The position numbers and the translations under genes were made by a program. Positions 55,865 through 64,000 of a DNA stretch of 64,000 nt are shown piece after piece (the stretch's first letter is position 1; every line of letters begins with the position of its first letter). The notes under the pieces are model-generated. The model worked only from the letters and a program-made list of their open reading frames with translations, had not been told where the DNA came from and searched no databases. The stretch is from Pseudomonadales bacterium. GTDB lineage: Bacteria > Patescibacteriota > Microgenomatia > UBA1400 > PJMF01. Where the stretch lies: positions 26,515-90,514 of the forward strand of contig JACKFX010000004.1 in NCBI GenBank assembly GCA_020632255.1, in the 5' to 3' direction.

Positions 55865-57094
55865 TTACTCTTGATTGTGGATTACATAAAACAGCAGCAA
55901 CACCATGCCACTTTGGATAGTGAGTACATAGTGGTCTAAAAAGACAATTGGTAGTAGAGGTACCAGAGCAAAGTAGTCTGTGTGCGTAGTGAGTTTCTTT
56001 ATCAAAATAAACCCAAGTATCAGCCCAAGCAGTCCTGTTTCTGCCAGTAGAAGTATGAGTGCATTGTGCGCTGGTTGGACAAATCTTACGACTTCTTTGG
56101 TTGGTGAGTATTTTTCAACTTGGGAAGTGAAGTTTTGTACACCGACGCCAAAAAAAGGATGATCAATACTCATGCGAATGGCGGATTGATTGAGGTACTG
56201 ACGTCGTGAGATAGAAAGTGAATCTCCAGGTAGTGGGAGCCAGACACTCAAGAGGAAAACAACAAAAATACCACCAACTACGAATCGTGAAGGAAGTTTG
56301 ATGAGTAATGGTTTCCAAAAAATCAAAGTAAGTCCAAGTCCGAGAGCAAACCAGGCACTCATCGATTGAGTGAGTATCAACGCGAGTAGACCAATTCCCA
56401 TGCACAATCCAATTGCAACTTTTACAAATGGGTCTTTTCTAGTTTTGCAAAATGGCAATAAAAGCAATAGCGAGAGACTCAAAAATCCCCCTAAAACATT
56501 TGGATGTGCGGTAGTGCCATATGGTAGCACCTGCTCTATCCCGCCCCATGATGTTTTAGCCAGGCCAGCAAAGTCTGAGAGATTAGTTTCTCCCAGAAAA
56601 AGATATCCCCCGAGAGATTGTTGGGTGAAACATTGCCAGAGCGCTACTAACGATTGAAACAAGACTGTGACTGCAAGCACTTTGAAAGTGATAGCTTGAT
56701 CCACTAGCTGGCGTTTTTGGTAGAGCACAGCGGCAAGAAGGCCAAATTTTACCCATGAAAGCAACGTCCATAGTGCTATGAGAGCATGTTCTGCCATGAA
56801 TTGTCGGACGACGAATAACGTTAGCAAAATGCTGGTTAGAGCGAGCAATTCCTTTGGTTGACGGGTTAGCGATTTTTTCCACTTTTTGAGCGTTTTAAAA
56901 CGGTTGTGCTTTTCTTCAACAAACCACAGTACAATCAGTGCCCAAATGACCACATCAATGGCCCAAAATTTTGGCAGGAGGTAGTCGACTCGCAGCCCAT
57001 GTACGTGAGCTCCGCTTTCGGTCAACACATAAAACAAGTTGCTGGGGATTAGAAAAATGAAGGCACAAATGAGTGTCTGGTAGAGTCGTTTCAC
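55865..57094 (-). CDS. Polytopic membrane protein, O-antigen ligase / polymerase-like (Wzy_C-like)
   Basis: About 10 to 12 transmembrane helices with a periplasmic loop. Assigned by size and architecture only. Confidence 0.4.
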   Translation of the reverse strand: MKRLYQTLICAFIFLIPSNLFYVLTESGAHVHGLRVDYLLPKFWAIDVVIWALIVLWFVEEKHNRFKTLKKWKKSLTRQPKELLALTSILLTLFVVRQFMAEHALIALWTLLSWVKFGLLAAVLYQKRQLVDQAITFKVLAVTVLFQSLVALWQCFTQQSLGGYLFLGETNLSDFAGLAKTSWGGIEQVLPYGTTAHPNVLGGFLSLSLLLLLPFCKTRKDPFVKVAIGLCMGIGLLALILTQSMSAWFALGLGLTLIFWKPLLIKLPSRFVVGGIFVVFLLSVWLPLPGDSLSISRRQYLNQSAIRMSIDHPFFGVGVQNFTSQVEKYSPTKEVVRFVQPAHNALILLLAETGLLGLILGFILIKKLTTHTDYFALVPLLPIVFLDHYVLTIQSGMVLLLFYVIHNQE

Positions 57095-57116
57095 ACTCTC
57101 AGTCTACAACACAAGG

Positions 57117-59102
57117 CTAGATTTCACCAACTAATTGGGCTGAATACTGAGCCTCGGCGGCTTCAACTAGAGCTTTGCGAGCTGGTTCAACATCGGCAGA
57201 AGACAAGTTTTCCTCTGGCTGCCAGTAGGTAATCGCAAAGGTGTAGTTCTGGTGATACACATCTTTAAGTTCTATCGAAGTTATTAATTCATGGCTAGAT
57301 TGAAGGGTTTTGATCACCTCACCAACTAAGGTTTTTTCTGGAAGTGTTAAGGTGATGTCTTCTCTGACCTCAGCAGTTTTTGGAATGCTATGGTAAGTCG
57401 GATGTTTTTGGGCAACTTTCATGAGTTGTGAAATTTGGAGTTCAGCCGCTGTATGTCCAGTTGGCAAGACCATGATACTCCCGAGCAGGTTGTTACCCAC
57501 CCACACTTCTCCACATTGTACCGAGTTACAAAGGTGGGACCCATCAATTGGTTTGACCTTTACATTTTCGACGAAAAACTGGCACATCACTGCTTCGAGT
57601 GCTCCCTTAACGGTAGTGTACTGATCGGTGCTGACCATGGTGAGCATCAGTTCCTGGCTTGGCAGTTGATGCGCCAGAGGGTGATAGACATTAGCAATTT
57701 CAAAGACACTTAAGTGTTCTTCACGGGCATTTTGGGCAATGATTTCCTCGAGTGATGGGACGAGCGAGCGGCGCATGTAGATGCGATCGTCAGTGAGTGG
57801 GTTTTGCAAGGCTAAGTGGCCGTCAAGTGCATATCCTGATTGCTTGGCAATTGCTTCACTGACCATAGAGTAGCTGTAGATTTCTTGCCAGCCTATGTTT
57901 GCTAAGAAATGTTTGATTCGATTTTCTAACACAAAATCAACGTCACTTGGTTTAGTAGTTGGAATTGGAGTGTCCATCAGTGTACTTGGCAAGTTATGGT
58001 AGCCGTAAATACGTGCAATTTCTTCAATGACATCAGCTGGGATAGCAATGTCAGGTCTGAAGGTTGGTGGAGTCACAGTCAGTACTTCATCAGAAACAGT
58101 TGTTGTACAACCCAACGTTTCTAAAATAGAAACAATTCGATCTGTCTCAATCGTTAATCCTAAGTAGTCGGTAATTCGATGCAACGGTACAATAACTGGG
58201 GTTGGTTCTACTTTTCCTGGGAAATCATCGTAGATTGGGCTAGCGATTTTGGCCTCGCACAACTCTCGGTAGAGTTCGACTCCACGTAGCAGGACTGTTT
58301 TGGCCAGTTCTGGGTCAACGTGTTTTTCCATGAGTTGAGCTGCAGTAGTTCGAATAGCATGGGTCATGCTGGCAAAGCGAACTTTTTCAGCAGTAATAGA
58401 CTCAAGTAAGAGCAAGACATTTTGGGTGCTATCATCAATTGAAGTGTTGACAGTTCCTTTGATTGAAGGCAAGTCGATGATTTCCCCTTCTCCATTCTTA
58501 AAGACAACTTCGCCACCAACAGTAGTGAACTCATTGCCATCTAGGGTGGTAAAGGTTTCGTTACTTTTGGCTTCAACAATGTTAATTTCGCCACCGGTAT
58601 TCATGAGTTTGTCATAGTCGAAGGCATGGCAGGGATGCCCAAGTTCATGTGTGACATAGTTGGTAATGTCGATGACGGCGTCATGGACATTTTGTTCGGT
58701 TTGGAGTAAGCGTTTAGCCATCCATTCGGGGGTTGGATTGCGCTTAACGCCTTGCAGGACGACACAGATGACTCGTTTTGAGAGCTCTGGATCGTTGATG
58801 ATCTTTGGTAGTGGCAGGGGTTCAACTTCTGGCTGAAGGTCCTCAAGCAAAGTCAGCGGCTTGAGTTCAGCTTTAATATCAAATTGCTTCAGAATAACCG
58901 CAGTTTCGCGAGCGATGCCCCGAACAGACATGCTATCGACACGGTTGGTGGTGACTTCAATGTCATAAACGTTGTCGCCTTCGATGTCGTAAATACGCTC
59001 AACTGATGGTCCACAGAGGGAGACATTTTTTTGAATAGTTTTTGGATCAGCTTCAGTTTCAAGGTGTTCTTTGAGCCAGGTGTGTGGGATTAAGATGTTC
59101 AT
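57117..59102 (-). CDS. pheT: Phenylalanyl-tRNA synthetase beta subunit, short form
   Basis: B3/B4 and B5 domains and a class II-like catalytic-like domain. It lies downstream of pheS. Confidence 0.88.
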   Translation of the reverse strand: MNILIPHTWLKEHLETEADPKTIQKNVSLCGPSVERIYDIEGDNVYDIEVTTNRVDSMSVRGIARETAVILKQFDIKAELKPLTLLEDLQPEVEPLPLPKIINDPELSKRVICVVLQGVKRNPTPEWMAKRLLQTEQNVHDAVIDITNYVTHELGHPCHAFDYDKLMNTGGEINIVEAKSNETFTTLDGNEFTTVGGEVVFKNGEGEIIDLPSIKGTVNTSIDDSTQNVLLLLESITAEKVRFASMTHAIRTTAAQLMEKHVDPELAKTVLLRGVELYRELCEAKIASPIYDDFPGKVEPTPVIVPLHRITDYLGLTIETDRIVSILETLGCTTTVSDEVLTVTPPTFRPDIAIPADVIEEIARIYGYHNLPSTLMDTPIPTTKPSDVDFVLENRIKHFLANIGWQEIYSYSMVSEAIAKQSGYALDGHLALQNPLTDDRIYMRRSLVPSLEEIIAQNAREEHLSVFEIANVYHPLAHQLPSQELMLTMVSTDQYTTVKGALEAVMCQFFVENVKVKPIDGSHLCNSVQCGEVWVGNNLLGSIMVLPTGHTAAELQISQLMKVAQKHPTYHSIPKTAEVREDITLTLPEKTLVGEVIKTLQSSHELITSIELKDVYHQNYTFAITYWQPEENLSSADVEPARKALVEAAEAQYSAQLVGEI

Positions 59103-59135
59103 AGGTATTCTTTCGTGATTTCTCTTTGTCGTTTT

Positions 59136-60197
59136 CTAGAATTGGTGTAAGAATCTGAGGTCGCCACTATAAAGCAACCTGATGTCATCCAAGTTAAGAC
59201 CTTCTTTAAGGGTATAGGTTCTCTCAATACCCCAGCCGAATGCAAAGCCTGTGTACTCGTCTGGATCGATGCCCCCCGCTTTGAGGACGTTTGGATGGAC
59301 CATGCCTGCACCGCCAACTTCGTGCCAGCCAGATTTACAGAAGCGGCACTTTTGTGTTTCTGCATCGTCTAGGTATCCTGTGCCGTGACAGATTTGGCAC
59401 GAGAAGTCGACTTCAAATGAAGGCTCTGTAAATTGGAAATGGAACGGACGGATACGAGACTTGGTCCCAGGTCCATAAAATTGTTCTGCAAAGTAATCGA
59501 GGGTGCCCTTAAGGTGCTGAATGGTGATGCCTTTGTCGACTACCAGGCCTTCAAACTGATGGAACATTTGGGTATGAGTAGCATCTTGCTGACGGCGGTA
59601 GCAACGAGCGATGTTAATCATCCGAATTGGTGGCTGTGAGTTGAGTCGCTCCATCTCTCGCACTTGGCCATTTGAAGTGTGGGTGGTTAATACCATCTTA
59701 CCCATTTGATTATCTACAGGTGCATCAACAAAGAAGGTTTCCCACTCGTCACGAGCTGGATGGCTTTTTGGCATATTCAGAGCCTCAAAGACGTAGTGGT
59801 CCCAGTCAACTTCTGGATAGCGCACACGGGTGAAGCCGATTTGTTCAAAAATATGGGTGATTTCTTCCATTGCTTGAGAGACTGGGTGCGTGTGGCCGAC
59901 TTCCGGTTTTTTTCCTGGCATGGTTAAGTCGATCCAGGCTAGTTTTTTAGCGGCAGTGGTACGAGCAGTTGCCAACATGTCTTCGAGGGTTTGTTTGGTA
60001 GTATTGAGGAGTTGGCCAGCTTCTTTTTTGTCATCAACGTCTTTGATTTGTTTGCTGAGGAGGGTGAAGCTGCCTTTTTTGCCGAGGTACTCTGTTTTGA
60101 GTGCTTCAACGGTTTCTGATGAGGTTGCTGACTGGAGTGCTGTTTTCAGCTCGGTTACTACTGTGTCTAGTTTTTGCGAATACTCTGCTGTTGTCAT
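59136..60197 (-). CDS. pheS: Phenylalanyl-tRNA synthetase alpha subunit
   Basis: Class II motifs (…HPARDEWETFF…, GFAFGWGIERT). Confidence 0.92.
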   Translation of the reverse strand: MTTAEYSQKLDTVVTELKTALQSATSSETVEALKTEYLGKKGSFTLLSKQIKDVDDKKEAGQLLNTTKQTLEDMLATARTTAAKKLAWIDLTMPGKKPEVGHTHPVSQAMEEITHIFEQIGFTRVRYPEVDWDHYVFEALNMPKSHPARDEWETFFVDAPVDNQMGKMVLTTHTSNGQVREMERLNSQPPIRMINIARCYRRQQDATHTQMFHQFEGLVVDKGITIQHLKGTLDYFAEQFYGPGTKSRIRPFHFQFTEPSFEVDFSCQICHGTGYLDDAETQKCRFCKSGWHEVGGAGMVHPNVLKAGGIDPDEYTGFAFGWGIERTYTLKEGLNLDDIRLLYSGDLRFLHQF

Positions 60198-60432
60198 AGT
60201 TCTTTCTAGTAGATTTGCCGTAAGATAAAATATATTTCTTTTCGCCTATTTGGTAATTTTATGTGCTGTAAGCCTCCTCAAGCAACTACTGCTACTATTG
60301 TCATTTACATCTTTTAAAATTCTCCAAATATGCTTCAAACTAATCATATTTATCTTGCGCCAATTCTACTCTATTCTATCTTATTTTTTATTTTTCTGGG
60401 GACCTGGTTGTCAGGTCATCTTCTTAAACTAA

Positions 60433-60460
60433 AAGAGCCCCGTTGGTACGGGGCTCTTTA
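60433..60460. terminator. Rho-independent terminator downstream of rplT (bidirectional in form)
   Basis: AGAGCCCCG-ttggta-CGGGGCTCT hairpin, flanked by T-runs on both strands. Confidence 0.65.
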
Positions 60461-60483
60461 GGTTTTGATATTGTTATGAATCG

Positions 60484-60837
60484 TTACCCACGCACCTTAG
60501 AAACTAAGTTTTTAAAGGCGGTAAAGTCAGCGATAGCAAGTTCAGATAACATCTTTCGATTGATCTCGATGTTGGCCTTCTTGAGGCCGTTCATGAACCG
60601 TGAGTAGTTCATTGTTTCATCAGCTTCTTTTACTGCTGCACTGATACGGGTAATCCAAAGTTTACGCATGTCTCGTTTGCGAAGGCGACGACCAATATAA
60701 GCATATTGACCTGAGTGAAGAAGAGCTTCTTTAGCTCTTTTGTATAATCTACTATTCGCACCTCTGAAACCTTTGGTAAGGCCGAGTACTTTTTTATGTC
60801 GTCTGCGGCGGGTTACGCCTGTTTTAACTCTTGGCAT
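60484..60837 (-). CDS. rplT: 50S ribosomal protein L20
   Basis: [26 protein letters not shown]… is canonical L20. Confidence 0.93.
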   Translation of the reverse strand: MPRVKTGVTRRRRHKKVLGLTKGFRGANSRLYKRAKEALLHSGQYAYIGRRLRKRDMRKLWITRISAAVKEADETMNYSRFMNGLKKANIEINRKMLSELAIADFTAFKNLVSKVRG

Positions 60838-60862
60838 GATCTCTTATTCCTCTTCTCTATTC

Positions 60863-61078
60863 TTATGCTAAACCAAGCATTTGCTTGATTTTCTTTGCCC
60901 ACTTTCCAGTTACTTCAACTGGTTTTCGGTAGGCACGGATAGCCTTTTTACTCTTAATGCGGCGTCTGTGTCGCATGTTTTGTGAACGTCGAAGAACTTT
61001 ACCAGTAGCGGTAATCTTAAAACGCTTGGCTACACCAGAGCGAGTCTTCTGCTTCATTTTTGGCTTCATTTTTTGCAT
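60863..61078 (-). CDS. rpmI: 50S ribosomal protein L35. The ORF extends to 61165; the likely start is MQKMKPKMKQK at 61078, which has an AAGGAGAGG ribosome-binding site.
   Basis: …KQKTRSGVAKRFKITATGK… matches L35. The position infC-rpmI-rplT matches the classic operon. Confidence 0.85.
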   Translation of the reverse strand: MQKMKPKMKQKTRSGVAKRFKITATGKVLRRSQNMRHRRRIKSKKAIRAYRKPVEVTGKWAKKIKQMLGLA

Positions 61079-61091
61079 GATTGACCTCTCC

Positions 61092-61643
61092 TTATTTTTT
61101 CGATGGCATAAGTTGCGCCATGAGCTTTTTGCCCAACATCTTTGGTTCGACTTCGACTGCAGCAATATCTGAAGTTTCAGAAATCACGCGATCGAATAAT
61201 TCATATCCAAATTCTTTTTTAGTGATTGCACGTCCTTTAAACATGAGTGAAAGTCTAACCTTGTCTCCTTTTTCGAGGAATTTTTTCACTTTGTTTAATC
61301 GTGCGATGAAGTCGCCCTCTCCCATGAATGGTGAAAAGCGAACTTCTTTTAAGTCCTGTGACTTAGCTGTTTTACGGTTCTTTGCTTCGCGTTGTTGTTC
61401 TTGATACTTGAATTTAGCAAGATCAATAATTTTCACGATTGGAGGCTGTGCTTTTTCGTTGACGAGGACTAAGTCCTTTTCGACTGCACGGGCTTTGGCT
61501 AAGGCTTCTTCCTTAGACATGATGCCAATCATTTCGCGTTGCTCTGTTAACACTCTAACCTCGGAAGCACGAATTCGCTCGTTAGCGACGATACGTGTAT
61601 TTTTCGAGTATTTATTGTTATTGTTTTTCACTAGTGTGTCCAT
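61092..61643 (-). CDS. infC: Translation initiation factor IF-3
   Basis: NERIRASEVRVLTE…IVKIIDLAKFKYQ… is followed by the IF3 C-domain. The exact start codon is uncertain, as IF3 often uses an atypical start. Confidence 0.9.
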   Translation of the reverse strand: MDTLVKNNNNKYSKNTRIVANERIRASEVRVLTEQREMIGIMSKEEALAKARAVEKDLVLVNEKAQPPIVKIIDLAKFKYQEQQREAKNRKTAKSQDLKEVRFSPFMGEGDFIARLNKVKKFLEKGDKVRLSLMFKGRAITKKEFGYELFDRVISETSDIAAVEVEPKMLGKKLMAQLMPSKK

Positions 61644-62087
61644 TAACTTGTATTAATAAATGAGCTCTTGTATATCTACCATCTATTTGGCATTTTTATT
61701 TGTTAGTCTCATGCTCAAGTAGCTCTGGCTACTATCGCATGATACTGCCTCTAAAAATACTCAAATATATGCTACATATATCAAGTACTATTTATTAATT
61801 CAAGTTATTAACTTTCTTGAGTCCGTATCTTAAACAGACTCGTATTTTATCGTAATTCCACGAAAAAACCAAACGATGTTTTCGTGTGAGGTGCAATTAT
61901 AGCACCATTCTTGAGGTAGTGGAAGTGTGTATCTCGAGTAGTTCTGAAATCGTCTGGAAACGTTGCAAACTGATATCTGACAGCAAAAAATTTGATAATA
62001 CATTTTCTCTGTAACGGGGCTATACTACTATCGGTACGCACCCCATGGGTAGTGTTCTATCATACAAATGTGTCAATTTTTTAGTAA

Positions 62088-63401
<1,314 letters not shown>

Positions 63402-63416
63402 TAGTTGAATTCGTAA

Positions 63417-63448
63417 CCTGAGCTGTGCTAGTGCATAGCTCAGGTTTT
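63417..63448 (+). terminator. Rho-independent terminator after eno
   Basis: CCTGAGCT-gtgctagtgcat-AGCTCAGG hairpin followed by TTTT. Confidence 0.65.
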
Positions 63449-63463
63449 AAAAAAAGGAGACCT

Positions 63464-64000
63464 ATGAATCCCAGCAAAGTTATGTTGATTATTTTAGATG
63501 GTTGGGGTCTGAACAAAAAATATCCTGGTAATGCCATCGAGTTAGCACACACTCCTTATTTTGATAAACTCTGGAAAGAGCGTCCTGCGGCTACGCTTGA
63601 AGCTTCGGGAGAATCGGTTGGTTTGCCTGAAGGTCAAATGGGAACATCAGAAGTTAATCACTTTACGATTGGTGCTGGTCGAGTGATGTTTCAGGATTTA
63701 GTCCGAGTCAATCACAGTATTGATGATGAGTCTTTTTTTAAAAATGCTGCCTTACTTGGTGCCTTTGATCATGTTAAGAAGAACAACTCAAAACTGCATC
63801 TTTTTGGTTTGATTAGTGACGGTGGCGTGCATTCTCACCTCGATCATTTTAAAGCCATTCTTAAGGCAGCAAAGAAAGCCAATGTGCAAGAGGTTTATCT
63901 GCATGCATTTACCGATGGGCGTGATACTGCCCCTCGAGGAGGACGCAAATACATGGCCGAACTTGAAGCTACGATGCGCGAGCTTGGAGTGGGTAAGGTC
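63464..64000 (+). CDS. gpmI: 2,3-bisphosphoglycerate-independent phosphoglycerate mutase, 5' partial (runs off the end of the window)
   Basis: Reading-frame translation gives MNPSKVMLIILDGWGL…HTPYFDKL…GLISDGGVHSH…, the iPGM N-terminus. GGAGA ribosome-binding site at 63456. Confidence 0.85.
   Translation, partial: MNPSKVMLIILDGWGLNKKYPGNAIELAHTPYFDKLWKERPAATLEASGESVGLPEGQMGTSEVNHFTIGAGRVMFQDLVRVNHSIDDESFFKNAALLGAFDHVKKNNSKLHLFGLISDGGVHSHLDHFKAILKAAKKANVQEVYLHAFTDGRDTAPRGGRKYMAELEATMRELGVGKV

Noticed and set aside
60198-60483. Searched for a T-box leader or a Phe-rich attenuator peptide upstream of pheS-pheT
   Set aside because: No T-box consensus (AATTAGGGTGGTACCGCG or its complement) and no convincing Phe-codon leader. 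Only a standard terminator hairpin after rplT.

Overview
This 64 kb window looks like a gene-dense stretch of a small, reduced bacterial chromosome. Overall GC is roughly 45%. Several housekeeping proteins are unusually short: EF-Ts about 153 aa, YebC about 189 aa, HolB-like about 218 aa, and GyrB about 670 aa. That pattern is reminiscent of Candidate Phyla Radiation / Patescibacteria such as Saccharibacteria, but the phylum call is inference only.

The backbone is ordinary core metabolism and information processing:
- One-carbon metabolism: glyA and folD.
- An AP endonuclease: nfo.
- Translation factors and ribosomal proteins: rpsB-tsf, rpsP, infC-rpmI-rplT, and a possible rpmF (L32).
- Queuosine tRNA modification: a divergent queA/tgt pair.
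- DNA topology and replication: gyrB and gyrA with a family II inorganic pyrophosphatase between them, and a holB-like gene.
- RNA processing and transcription: rnc and nusB.
- Recombination and repair: recG.
- tRNA synthetases: tyrS and pheS-pheT.
- Glycolysis: eno and the start of gpmI.
- Cell envelope: a class A penicillin-binding protein, a DUF2207 protein, and a glycosyltransferase-like and an O-antigen-ligase-like membrane protein.
- One tRNA-Ala(GGC).

About 16 kb (25.1–41.2 kb) is a type IV pilus superlocus. It contains pilB, pilT, pilC, a major pilin, pilD, five further (pseudo)pilin genes, a PilX-like protein and pilM, pilN and pilO.

Two places stand out.

1. A roughly 2.3 kb AT-rich cassette (about 33% GC, 35.4–37.7 kb) is wedged into the pilus locus.
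   - It encodes two paralogous proteins that each pair a nucleoside 2-deoxyribosyltransferase-like Rossmann domain with a C-terminal ribbon-helix-helix-like tail.
   - These two flank a PNP/MTA-nucleosidase-superfamily protein that carries a roughly 200 aa N-terminal extension.
   - I flag this as a candidate nucleotide-centred accessory or conflict system.

2. A roughly 1.2 kb non-coding region (13.8–15.0 kb) sits immediately upstream of a XerC/D-family tyrosine recombinase. It holds an unusual stack of repeats:
   - three 10-bp iteron-like tandem repeats;
   - two tandem repeats of about 31 bp;
   - a perfect 18-bp palindrome;
   - two interleaved perfect inverted-repeat pairs (16 bp flanking about 213 bp, and 13 bp flanking about 415 bp).
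   This could be a dif-like site or an invertible DNA switch.

No CRISPR array, rRNA or transposase was seen. All calls rest on reading the supplied translations and sequence by eye; no database searches were run.
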